Below the pieces are notes generated by a model. It ran no database searches. It was not told where the DNA came from and saw only the letters and a program-made list of their open reading frames with translations. This document shows, one piece after another, positions 47,357-54,926 of a stretch of DNA of 64,000 nt. The position numbers and the translations under genes are program-made. Source of the stretch: Acinetobacter phage Acj61; the sequence record GU911519.1. One strand, written 5' to 3'. Position 1 is the stretch's first letter; each line of letters begins with the position of its first letter.

Positions 47357-47362
47357 ATAATT

Positions 47363-47436
47363 TGGAAGTCGCAAAAGGGATCGAACCTTTACTAACAGAG
47401 TCAAATTCTGTGGTGCTACCATTACACCATGCGACA
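47363..47436 (-). tRNA. tRNA-Gln (TTG)
   Basis: Anticodon stem-loop ACAGA-ATTTGAC-TCTGT; T arm AAAGG-TTCGATC-CCTTT; U1-U72. Confidence 0.65.
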
Positions 47437-47527
47437 ATTGATAGTTTTTGATCTGCTGAACTATAACAGCAGCTCGACAGTAAGTTCATCGAGTCTCAAG
47501 AAGTGTATTTCTACACTTAGACAAATT

Positions 47528-47603
47528 GGTCTCCCTAGTTGGATTTGAACCAACGACATCTTCTTTCCAAAAGAAGTAGGCTACCAGACTGCCCTATAGA
47601 GAG
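47528..47603 (-). tRNA. tRNA-Pro (TGG)
   Basis: CTTCT-TTTGGAA-AGAAG anticodon arm; GTTGG-TTCAAAT-CCAAC T arm; CCA encoded. Confidence 0.8.
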
Positions 47604-47659
47604 ATAACAAAAATAATGGATTAGTGAGCATTGTAAAGAGGCAAATCCATATCTGAAAT

Positions 47660-47735
47660 TGGTCGTCGAGACATGATTCGAACATGTGACCTGCGGATTA
47701 TCGGTCCGTTGCTCTACCAACTGAGCTACTCGACG
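47660..47735 (-). tRNA. tRNA-Ile (GAT), with unusual C33
   Basis: Perfect acceptor stem CGTCGAG/CTCGACG; anticodon loop CCGATAA; T loop TTCGAAT. Confidence 0.65.
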
Positions 47736-47830
47736 GGAGGTGAAACTGGGATTTGAACCCAGGGCCCCATATCACTATGAGACGGTAGTTTTCAAGACTA
47801 CTGCAATAAGCCAGACTCTGCCACTTCACC
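47736..47830 (-). tRNA. tRNA-Ser (TGA), type II, CCA not fully encoded
   Basis: GGTGAAG acceptor; anticodon arm GTAGT-CTTGAAA-ACTAC; long variable arm; T arm CTGGG-TTCAAAT-CCCAG. The 3' end is ...TCC, shared with the first nucleotide of the next tRNA. Confidence 0.65.
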
Positions 47831-48034
47831 AAAATTCTGTGATAGTTTTGTTTATGTAACGACCAAGCTCTATCAACTTCGCCAATCATTCAAAAGAATG
47901 ACAACATTTTTCAATTCTCACTTGAGGTGGAGGAACACCTTGTTAGGACAGCTCCAAAACGTTCTAAAGTTTCGTAAGGTATCCCGAGCTAAATCAGTCA
48001 TTGCGCTTATGGCTATGATTCAACTACTAACATT
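47831..48034 (-). ncRNA. About 200-nt non-tRNA spacer inside the tRNA array; candidate small stable RNA
   Basis: No tRNA fold found and no credible ORF; T4 carries two small stable RNAs (species 1 and 2) in its tRNA region. Confidence 0.25.
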
Positions 48035-48110
48035 TGGCTCCCCAGACACGGATCGAACGTGTGACCCACAGATTAACAGTCTGCTGCTCTACCAACTGAG
48101 CTACTGAGGA
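48035..48110 (-). tRNA. tRNA-Asn (GTT)
   Basis: TCCTCAGTAGCTCAGTTGGTAGAGC...CTGTTAA...TTCGATC...CTGGGGAGCCA. Confidence 0.8.
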
Positions 48111-48143
48111 AGAAATTGTTTAATTTATTATAATTATTTATAT

Positions 48144-48218
48144 TGGTTGGACCACACAGATTCGAACTGAGACTAACGACATCACAAATCGCGGTGCTAA
48201 CCATTACACCATGGTCCA
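48144..48218 (-). tRNA. tRNA-His (GTG)
   Basis: Acceptor TGGACCA/TGGTCCA; anticodon loop TTGTGAT; T loop TTCGAAT; A73-CCA. Confidence 0.7.
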
Positions 48219-48226
48219 CATCAAAT

Positions 48227-48302
48227 TGGTACTCTTATCGGGACTTGAACCCGAGTTTTCAACGTGAAAGGCTGACGTCCTAACCGACTAGACGATAAGA
48301 GC
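48227..48302 (-). tRNA. tRNA-Glu (TTC)
   Basis: Anticodon arm TCAGC-CTTTCAC-GTTGA; T arm TCGGG-TTCAAGT-CCCGA; CCA encoded. Confidence 0.75.
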
Positions 48303-48308
48303 AATGTT

Positions 48309-48394
48309 TGGTGGGGCCGGTGAGACTTGAACTCACAGATGCTTTTGGCGTCGGATTTACAGTCCGATGGGGTTACCAATTTTCCTACGTCCCC
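48309..48394 (-). tRNA. tRNA-Tyr (GTA), type II
   Basis: 86 nt; anticodon arm TCGGA-CTGTAAA-TCCGA; long variable arm; T arm GTGAG-TTCAAGT-CTCAC; CCA encoded. Confidence 0.7.
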
Positions 48395-48410
48395 GTAGTA
48401 ATTCTTAAAG

Positions 48411-48481
48411 TTCTGGCACGAGTAATCGAAACTCGGTGACTGGAGTACAAAACCAGCATAATACCACTATATGATGCCAGA
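48411..48481 (-). tRNA. tRNA-Thr (TGT), no encoded CCA; flanked by a 12-13-bp extended inverted repeat
   Basis: Acceptor TCTGGCA/TGCCAGA; D arm CATA-TAGTGGTAT-TATG; anticodon loop TTTGTAC; T arm CGAGT-TTCGATT-ACTCG. The 3' trailer is CTT instead of CCA. Confidence 0.55.
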
Positions 48482-48594
48482 ACTTTAAGAACTATGTTGT
48501 TTAGTTGATATAGACAGTATATCATACTTTTCCTAACAGCATATTGATTTGCTGTTGGGGCGTGTGTTTCTATAATTATATTTATACAACAATC

Positions 48595-48670
48595 TGGAGG
48601 CGTCAACAGGACTCGAACCTGCATCGACGCGGATTTGCAATCCGCCGTATAACCATTCTACCACAACGCC
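48595..48670 (-). tRNA. tRNA-Cys (GCA)
   Basis: Anticodon arm GCGGA-TTGCAAA-TCCGC; T arm GCAGG-TTCGAGT-CCTGT; CCA encoded. Confidence 0.7.
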
Positions 48671-48678
48671 TTTAATTT

Positions 48679-48755
48679 TGGAGCCCCGCATGAGATTCGA
48701 ACTCATATAAGTCGCAATAGAACTACGATGCCTAATCCAACTCGGCCAGCGAGAC
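48679..48755 (-). tRNA. tRNA-Arg (TCT)
   Basis: Acceptor GTCTCGC/GCGGGGC with two G-U pairs; anticodon loop GTTCTAT; T arm ATGAG-TTCGAAT-CTCAT; CCA encoded. Confidence 0.6.
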
Positions 48756-48760
48756 ATATT

Positions 48761-48847
48761 TGGCGGAAAGAGGAGTGCTCGAAACTCAACCGTTACCAGT
48801 CAACTCGCTTAGCAGGCGGTTCCCAATCCAAGATGGGTTCACTTTCC
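48761..48847 (-). tRNA. tRNA-Ser (GCT), type II
   Basis: 87 nt; acceptor GGAAAGT/TCTTTCC; anticodon loop CTGCTAA; long variable arm; T loop TTTCGAGC; CCA encoded. Confidence 0.55.
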
Positions 48848-48855
48848 AAATTAAA

Positions 48856-49038
48856 CTATTCAAATTTAGCTTTCAAGAATTCGTACAACGCTCGAGATTC
48901 TTTAGGGTCAAAAGTTGTATCAACTGACTCATATTGCTCATCGTCATACACTGACTTGACTACAAGAATATCGCCATCAAATTCAACGTCGAAACTGCAA
49001 TTTCCAGGTACGGATAAATCTCGTTCTAAGATAGCCAT
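48856..49038 (-). CDS. Small acidic hypothetical protein
   Basis: 60 aa. Confidence 0.4.
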   Translation of the reverse strand: MAILERDLSVPGNCSFDVEFDGDILVVKSVYDDEQYESVDTTFDPKESRALYEFLKAKFE

Positions 49039-49206
49039 TGCTAACTCCTTTAAGTAACTTTTTAAAACGTTCTATTCTTGCAACTAATCGGAATTCAACC
49101 GATAATCTTAGGGCTTATTGTCAGGCCTATATTCTAACTTTGAACTAGTCATCACTAAGAACGTTTTAAAAAGTTACCTCAATTAAGAGGTAACTCCGAG
49201 GTAAAT

Positions 49207-49653
49207 TTAATCCAATTCAGGGTCAAATGGACCATCAATATACAATGAAGCGATTTCATCAAAATCTTCAGTTACGAATGCCAATGTCGGCACTGCATTT
49301 TCAGAAGTTTTGATTGTGAGTTGAGTACCAAGATGATTTTCAACTACTCCAACGAGTTTGCGTACATCGAGTACAAACTGTGCAATGAGTGATTGTTGCA
49401 CCTTATGATTGACCGTCACAACTGTTTTGTTCGGATTTTCGAGTTGCAATGTTTCAGCAAGTTCTTCGAAAGTTTCAGTAACGTATACTGATTTTGGCTG
49501 AGCAACTGCAGCTGGTTTGAATACTACGCCAGTGTTGCCGTGTACATCTTTGAATAAGCCAACGATGTTTTCTGTGTCAAGTACAAAGCGACGAGTATTA
49601 GTTGCTTGTGGAAGACGGGTGTCGACGGTTAAGATGATTTTAGCCATGTTCAA
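49207..49653 (-). CDS. Hypothetical protein
   Basis: 148 aa. Confidence 0.5.
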   Translation of the reverse strand: MNMAKIILTVDTRLPQATNTRRFVLDTENIVGLFKDVHGNTGVVFKPAAVAQPKSVYVTETFEELAETLQLENPNKTVVTVNHKVQQSLIAQFVLDVRKLVGVVENHLGTQLTIKTSENAVPTLAFVTEDFDEIASLYIDGPFDPELD

Positions 49654-49707
49654 TTTCCTTCGTGGATTGATTTCGATTCAAGTGATTTGATAAATTTATT
49701 TATACGA

Positions 49708-49956
49708 TTACTTGTTCATACTCATACCTCGCAATTTCAGGGTTAGTTCATCATAATACTGAGCAACGAAATGACGAATTACTTCGAAGATACATCCTAC
49801 TGCAGCCATTTTAAATGCTTGCATTGCAAGAGATTTCATTTCGGCGTTAGTCATCAAAACTCCTAGAGCTACTGTGCCGAGAATCGTAATTGCAGCCAAA
49901 GCTAAAAATACATTTCGAACAATAATTGAAGATTTGATAATAACTTGCTTGATCAT
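49708..49956 (-). CDS. Small membrane protein
   Basis: 82 aa with two TM helices. Confidence 0.45.
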   Translation of the reverse strand: MIKQVIIKSSIIVRNVFLALAAITILGTVALGVLMTNAEMKSLAMQAFKMAAVGCIFEVIRHFVAQYYDELTLKLRGMSMNK

Positions 49957-50046
49957 GATGTTTTACTCAATGTAATATTTGATAAGACTATAATAACACA
50001 TTTTTCAACAAAAGTAACCTGCTTTACGAAAATAATTTTTGATTGA

Positions 50047-50511
50047 TCAAATTTTATCCTTTGTCCAATCTAGGTCCAGATCTTCCACAACTTCGTGTGA
50101 AACAACGATAGGCATATTGACATCTGCGATCGTCAGATCAACAGCTTGAGCACCAAGATTATAAGACAACGTTATGTGAGGCTTGTAATCAGGATAATCG
50201 TATGTAGCACCTAAGATGCGAGAATATTTGTGGCGTTCTACCAAGTACTCAGATTCCAAACAAAGAATTAGAGCAGGTCCATTGTTGGTTTGCCATACTT
50301 CTAAATGATTTTTGTTTGAAACTTCGAGAGATGCATTCGATGCAGTGAATGGCACATTAACTCGTGAGAAGCAAATTGTAGTATGCAGATCAGCACGAGA
50401 AACAGGATTAAGAAGACCCAAATATTTCTGAATCTTCTCAATACGATCTAATGTGTCTTCAGTGAACTTGGCAGAAACGTAAGTTCCTTTGTCAACTTCA
50501 CTGAATTTCAT
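50047..50511 (-). CDS. gp57B-position hypothetical protein
   Basis: 154 aa (T4 57B is 152 aa); immediately downstream of 57A. Confidence 0.45.
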   Translation of the reverse strand: MKFSEVDKGTYVSAKFTEDTLDRIEKIQKYLGLLNPVSRADLHTTICFSRVNVPFTASNASLEVSNKNHLEVWQTNNGPALILCLESEYLVERHKYSRILGATYDYPDYKPHITLSYNLGAQAVDLTIADVNMPIVVSHEVVEDLDLDWTKDKI

Positions 50512-50771
50512 TATTCACCTTCGACAGTTGCAGCTTTAAGCGAATCGCGTTCTTCAACAATAGCTTCAACTGCTGATACGATATCAGCAAGCTGAACTTG
50601 GCCATTTTCTGAAGCTGGCAGTTCAATAGCTTGAACGATGCTAGTCAAAACATCAGCAAGTTCTTTTGTTTGAGCTTGCGCTTGAGTAAGAGCATCTTGG
50701 GTATCTAAGATACGTGATTTCAAGTTTTGAATTTGAAGCTCTTGGCGTTGTTCGTTTGTTAATTCAGACAT
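50511..50771 (-). CDS. 57A: Tail-fibre assembly chaperone gp57A
   Basis: 86 aa; MSELTNEQRQELQIQNLKSRILDTQDAL... resembles T4 gp57A (LKSRILDTQD). Confidence 0.65.
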   Translation of the reverse strand: MSELTNEQRQELQIQNLKSRILDTQDALTQAQAQTKELADVLTSIVQAIELPASENGQVQLADIVSAVEAIVEERDSLKAATVEGE

Positions 50772-51500
50772 TTATATTACCTCTAACACTTTTGATTTAA
50801 GATCAGCAATTGACCCGTTGTTTTGAATGACAATATCAGTAGGAGCAGGTTTTAATCCAGCTTCTGTGATGTGGTCATCGATTCTGTTTTTATTTATACG
50901 ATCTTCACGTTCAACAAAAATAATTATTGCACCTAAATCACGCATTAATTGAATTTCATGTTCTTGACGAATGTCAGAAATGATGAAATATGGAGTGTCT
51001 TCTGAATCAGTGTTCAAAAACTCATTCAGCATGCAACGATTCCAGAATTGTGTATCAATCAAGTTGACAACAATATCTGTGCCTAAAACTTGCATGAAAC
51101 GACGTACACACCAGTAATCTGTTGAGTTCCAGAGCAATGATTCAATTTGAGAATTGATCGAATGTACTTGTACGGTCTTTTTCTGTTTGAGACCGAGCAA
51201 CTGTTCAAGATATTTAACCGAAGTTTGCATCAACTCAATCGCATCAGCATTTGAGATATTGATTGGACGTTCACGATCATAATCTTGACCTGTTAAAGGG
51301 TCGATACCATCAAAGTGTTCACGTGTTAAATCGACACCAGATTTGTTTTTAAGATTGATCATATTGTACGCATATGATAATGCTTCTTTGATTGGCTTTG
51401 CCAATGCATATTTTACAGCTAAGGGATTCTCAGCTATTATGATGTCGGCGACCGTGTCTTTACCAGATCGTTTTTTGCCGACTACACAGAGAAATTTCAT
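50772..51500 (-). CDS. 1: dNMP kinase gp1
   Basis: MKFLCVVGKKRSGKDTVADII... P-loop; colinear with T4 gp1 (QALGTD..., HITEAGL...); start at the ATG with a GGAGGTGG RBS. Confidence 0.85.
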   Translation of the reverse strand: MKFLCVVGKKRSGKDTVADIIIAENPLAVKYALAKPIKEALSYAYNMINLKNKSGVDLTREHFDGIDPLTGQDYDRERPINISNADAIELMQTSVKYLEQLLGLKQKKTVQVHSINSQIESLLWNSTDYWCVRRFMQVLGTDIVVNLIDTQFWNRCMLNEFLNTDSEDTPYFIISDIRQEHEIQLMRDLGAIIIFVEREDRINKNRIDDHITEAGLKPAPTDIVIQNNGSIADLKSKVLEVI

Positions 51501-51544
51501 AACCACCTCCAACGTAGATAAGATGATTATATACCAACTTTTTA

Positions 51545-52201
51545 TTAAGCACGTTGACTTGGGTGCCTCCCAATTTTAGGAGCTGATTCGCCAGTCGTTT
51601 GTCCACGCTCGGTGATTGATTCACGAGTCTCAATGATACGTCCATCTTTTTCGATGACATAGTACTTGTAATTAAATGTAGCTACGCATGAAACAGCTGG
51701 ATCAGAGTCTTCAACAAATGTGTACTCAATTTCGCCAAGGTCGGAACACCAAGCTCCATAGTAATGAATTGACATGACAATGTTCTCTTTTGTGTTATCG
51801 AGAATATGCAATGTGATAAATTTTGGAAGCGTGCCTTCATGCCAGCCCATGTTGTCATGAGTCAAGTAGTTATTGATTGAAAGCATCCATGTGTACAAGT
51901 CAACCCATGCATCAAGATTTTCATCGACAAGGAATCGAACTACTAATGGGTCAAACTCGACAGTCGAGCCAGGCAAGTTAGCACGTGCCAATCCCTTTGT
52001 GCCAGCTGGCGTGTTAGTTGGTGGAATCCGGATGCCAGGAATTAAAGCACTTTGGACGTTTAACTTGAATGCTCGTGTGATATTCGCGTCTGGAATATCT
52101 AAAGCAAAGTTGGTAATGTTGGTTTGATTGTATGCTACTGACATAATTCTCTCTTTGTATAAAATTTGATCGCTTGATTCGAGACTAAATATGCTATCCA
52201 C
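51545..52201 (-). CDS. 3: Tail completion/sheath stabiliser gp3 (assigned by synteny)
   Basis: Position between gp1 and gp2; about 200 aa; start possibly at an internal Met. Confidence 0.5.
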   Translation of the reverse strand: MDSIFSLESSDQILYKERIMSVAYNQTNITNFALDIPDANITRAFKLNVQSALIPGIRIPPTNTPAGTKGLARANLPGSTVEFDPLVVRFLVDENLDAWVDLYTWMLSINNYLTHDNMGWHEGTLPKFITLHILDNTKENIVMSIHYYGAWCSDLGEIEYTFVEDSDPAVSCVATFNYKYYVIEKDGRIIETRESITERGQTTGESAPKIGRHPSQRA

Positions 52202-52356
52202 GGAAATTGTTTATAATAGCTTCAGCTGCTTCCGCCGTTCAAAGTTATTCATTTGGTCGGAATAGATAGAGGGTCAGATGTTTCAGATTTCTCTGATCTA
52301 TAACGACGAAAATGAATGACTGTGGCTCTGCCACTTGTGCGTAGCACAAAGTCTGA

Positions 52357-53196
52357 TTATTTCCAGACCTTGTTAGCACTAAATTTCTTACCGTTAGATA
52401 AAAATTGCTGTAATGGCATCAACACGACATTTGCCCAATCAGAAGGTTTAATTTCGATAATTGGACCTTTGATGTGTGCGGGTAGATATGCTTTAATCAT
52501 CTGATCAGCGCCTTGAAATCCTTTGACCTTGGACCAGTCAATGTTTAACTTTGTGCTGTTAGTGATTGTCTTCGTGTTAGCATATTGCTTCAATAAGTCT
52601 TCAAGAAATTGCTGACGTGCTTTAGGTGGAATATAGTGCAAGTTCAAACCATGCATGAGCAGTGTGTTACTCTTTGATGACTTGTAGAATCCAAGAAAAA
52701 CGATAAGTGGATATTTGTCCCAGTATGGAAGTGTGTCTTTGTGTTTAGCATCATATTGATATGCATAGACTTTTCCAGGAGTAGGACGAGAAACTTTGTG
52801 TCCTTTGACACCCTTACGAAGAGTATCAGCAAACCATTTCGCAGATTTGTTGTTCTGCGCAGCACCTTTGTCGGCGACTCGAGCCCGCAAAGATTGTCTA
52901 AAGCTATTGATCATTATGACAGCACGATCTTCACGAGTCAACTTGTTGTCAGGCTTTTTAGCTAATGCTTCAGCTTTAACAGCAAGTGCGATCTTCAATT
53001 TGAAACGTGTCATTGATCGACTGAATGTGCTGTAGTTGAGTCCTTTCTCTTCTGCGAATGCTTTGCCAGAAACGCCTTTTGCTTTAGCTTTGTACCATTC
53101 GACACCAATATTGACCCATTGGAGCTCGTCCTTTGTCATCTTAGGCAGATTGCTCTTTTGAATCTGTGTTGATTCATCAATTTGGAAAATACTCAT
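52357..53196 (-). CDS. 2: DNA end protector gp2 (assigned by synteny and size)
   Basis: 279 aa (T4 gp2 274 aa); position between gp3 and gp4; basic. Confidence 0.5.
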   Translation of the reverse strand: MSIFQIDESTQIQKSNLPKMTKDELQWVNIGVEWYKAKAKGVSGKAFAEEKGLNYSTFSRSMTRFKLKIALAVKAEALAKKPDNKLTREDRAVIMINSFRQSLRARVADKGAAQNNKSAKWFADTLRKGVKGHKVSRPTPGKVYAYQYDAKHKDTLPYWDKYPLIVFLGFYKSSKSNTLLMHGLNLHYIPPKARQQFLEDLLKQYANTKTITNSTKLNIDWSKVKGFQGADQMIKAYLPAHIKGPIIEIKPSDWANVVLMPLQQFLSNGKKFSANKVWK

Positions 53197-53837
53197 ACTA
53201 TCTCCTTCATTCTACAATTGTCGCCATGCCATCGTTTGTATGGAGCTGGCTTGCAGCTCTTTTGACAATGTGGACATACTTTATCAGGGGTATTTATGAA
53301 TGCAGATCGCATAGAGGCTTTGGCTGATTCTGAACGAGGAATACCTCTGAGCAATTCTGCTCGTCGCTTGACATCTTCTTCAGGCATCTTAAATCCTTTT
53401 GTTGCTTTAGAAATCTTGAGCTTAGTAGCATTAGACAATTTCTTGCCTTTATGAGCTACTGACATTTTGGCCTTTGATTCTGCAGAATGAGTTTTACCGG
53501 TTGCAACAATTCTCATTGACTCGGCGATTTTCTTACGAACTTCTTCAGACCGAGCACCGCCACCTTTTCCGCCTAAGTCAATGTTATAGTTTGTATCCAA
53601 CTTAACAAATTCTTCCGTGACGAGTTCTGATTCAGCGTCGAACATTTCTTGTTCAGTTTCAAATACATGCAGAATTTCCTTTGAGAAATTTTCTGTACCA
53701 TGTTTAGCAATAGCCTTCAATATTAATCTTCCTGAGCCAAGATATGAGTCATTCACATCATGAGTTTTGTGAGCCCCGATATAGATTTTGCCGTTGATGC
53801 TATTTGTTACTTTATAGACTGTATAAAAAATGTTCAT
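53193..53837 (-). CDS. GIY-YIG homing endonuclease (Seg-like) inserted between gp4 and gp2
   Basis: [18 protein letters not shown]...DSYLGSG; Lys/Ser-rich NUMOD-like middle region; C-terminal Cys/His cluster. Confidence 0.75.
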   Translation of the reverse strand: MNIFYTVYKVTNSINGKIYIGAHKTHDVNDSYLGSGRLILKAIAKHGTENFSKEILHVFETEQEMFDAESELVTEEFVKLDTNYNIDLGGKGGGARSEEVRKKIAESMRIVATGKTHSAESKAKMSVAHKGKKLSNATKLKISKATKGFKMPEEDVKRRAELLRGIPRSESAKASMRSAFINTPDKVCPHCQKSCKPAPYKRWHGDNCRMKEIV

Positions 53838-53844
53838 ATATTCC

Positions 53845-54306
53845 TCAACATACGTACCCTAATTTTCTAAGACCTTCTTCGGTCAAAATTCGAAAATTGA
53901 TTTTGTTTTTGTCTGCTACTGCTTTTGCTGCTTTCCACTTGTCAATGTTCACACTATATGTGTAGATTTCATTCATAAATCTACGTTTAGCACCAGCAGT
54001 TAATTGTGTAGGCTTGATAGGTGGCAGAGTTTCTTTCTTAGGCTTGACTTCAATCAAAAATTCTTGTCCTGTATCATACTTGACCCAGAAATCCATGAAG
54101 TATCGACGACGTTTGCCATCAGCCTGAGAGAAGTAAGGGATAACAACTTCTTCTGAACTCCACTTGACGATTGCGTCATTTTTGTCACAATAATTCATGA
54201 AAAACTTTTCCCAGTTAGAACGATAATGAATTTTTGTGATCTCGCCTTTGTATTTTTCACGATTTTTAGGCATGAAACTGCCGCTGTAGGCCATAAAATC
54301 CTCCAT
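53845..54306 (-). CDS. 4: Head completion protein gp4 (assigned by synteny)
   Basis: 153 aa (T4 gp4 150 aa); divergent from gp53 as in T4; possible PD-(D/E)XK-like D...E.K segment. Confidence 0.55.
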   Translation of the reverse strand: MEDFMAYSGSFMPKNREKYKGEITKIHYRSNWEKFFMNYCDKNDAIVKWSSEEVVIPYFSQADGKRRRYFMDFWVKYDTGQEFLIEVKPKKETLPPIKPTQLTAGAKRRFMNEIYTYSVNIDKWKAAKAVADKNKINFRILTEEGLRKLGYVC

Positions 54307-54308
54307 AA

Positions 54309-54336
54309 AGTATAAATACGACTAGTTAATATTTAT
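54309..54336. promoter_or_regulatory. Divergent T4-type late promoters (TATAAATA) for gp53 (plus) and gp4 (minus)
   Basis: TATAAATA at 54309-54316 on plus, and its reverse complement at 54329-54336 on minus, between the divergent genes. Confidence 0.55.
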
Positions 54337-54338
54337 AA

Positions 54339-54926
54339 TTGGAGACAACTGTGCTATTATCATTTTATAATCCAATTTACTACTCAGCTAAAACAGTTTC
54401 GAAGAATGCACCTACGATTTTGATGACTGACACATTTCGTAATTACAAACGATACTTTGACAATGTCGCATCAAATTATAACTTAGTGACATACTATATT
54501 CAAGGTGCTCCTCGTCCAGAAGTTTTAGCGTACAGTATGTATGGGAATACACAACTCTACTGGGCATTGCTCATGGCAAATAATGTCTATGACCCGTATC
54601 ACGACTGGATTAAATCTCAAGAAGCGTGTTATGAATCTGTTGCTCAAGAGTATACAAATCCAGAAGCAGTGATTATGTACCATGTTGACATTCGTGGTGA
54701 AAAGTATTACAATCTCGTCGAAGACAAGACGAATCCAGGTTGGTGGTACGATAAAGGCGACGTCGAACAGCTACATGTTCAATTTAGAGGTTCATTAGCT
54801 GCAGTCAATGCATATGAAGCTGCACTACATGACAATGAATACAAACGTAAGATTCGAGTTATTTCGCCATCAGATATTGATAACTTTGTGGCTGACATGA
54901 TTCGTGAAATGGAGCGAAATGCATAA
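54339..54926 (+). CDS. 53: Baseplate wedge protein gp53
   Basis: 195 aa (T4 196 aa); first gene of the plus-strand baseplate operon; late promoter upstream. Confidence 0.7.
   Translation: METTVLLSFYNPIYYSAKTVSKNAPTILMTDTFRNYKRYFDNVASNYNLVTYYIQGAPRPEVLAYSMYGNTQLYWALLMANNVYDPYHDWIKSQEACYESVAQEYTNPEAVIMYHVDIRGEKYYNLVEDKTNPGWWYDKGDVEQLHVQFRGSLAAVNAYEAALHDNEYKRKIRVISPSDIDNFVADMIREMERNA

Noticed and set aside
47193-48757. ORFs overlapping the tRNA array (47193-47489, 47535-47720, 47698-47889, 47898-48107, 48385-48624, 48533-48757, 48728-49057)
   Set aside because: They run through well-folded tRNA genes. Chance ORFs in structured-RNA DNA are far more likely than coding.
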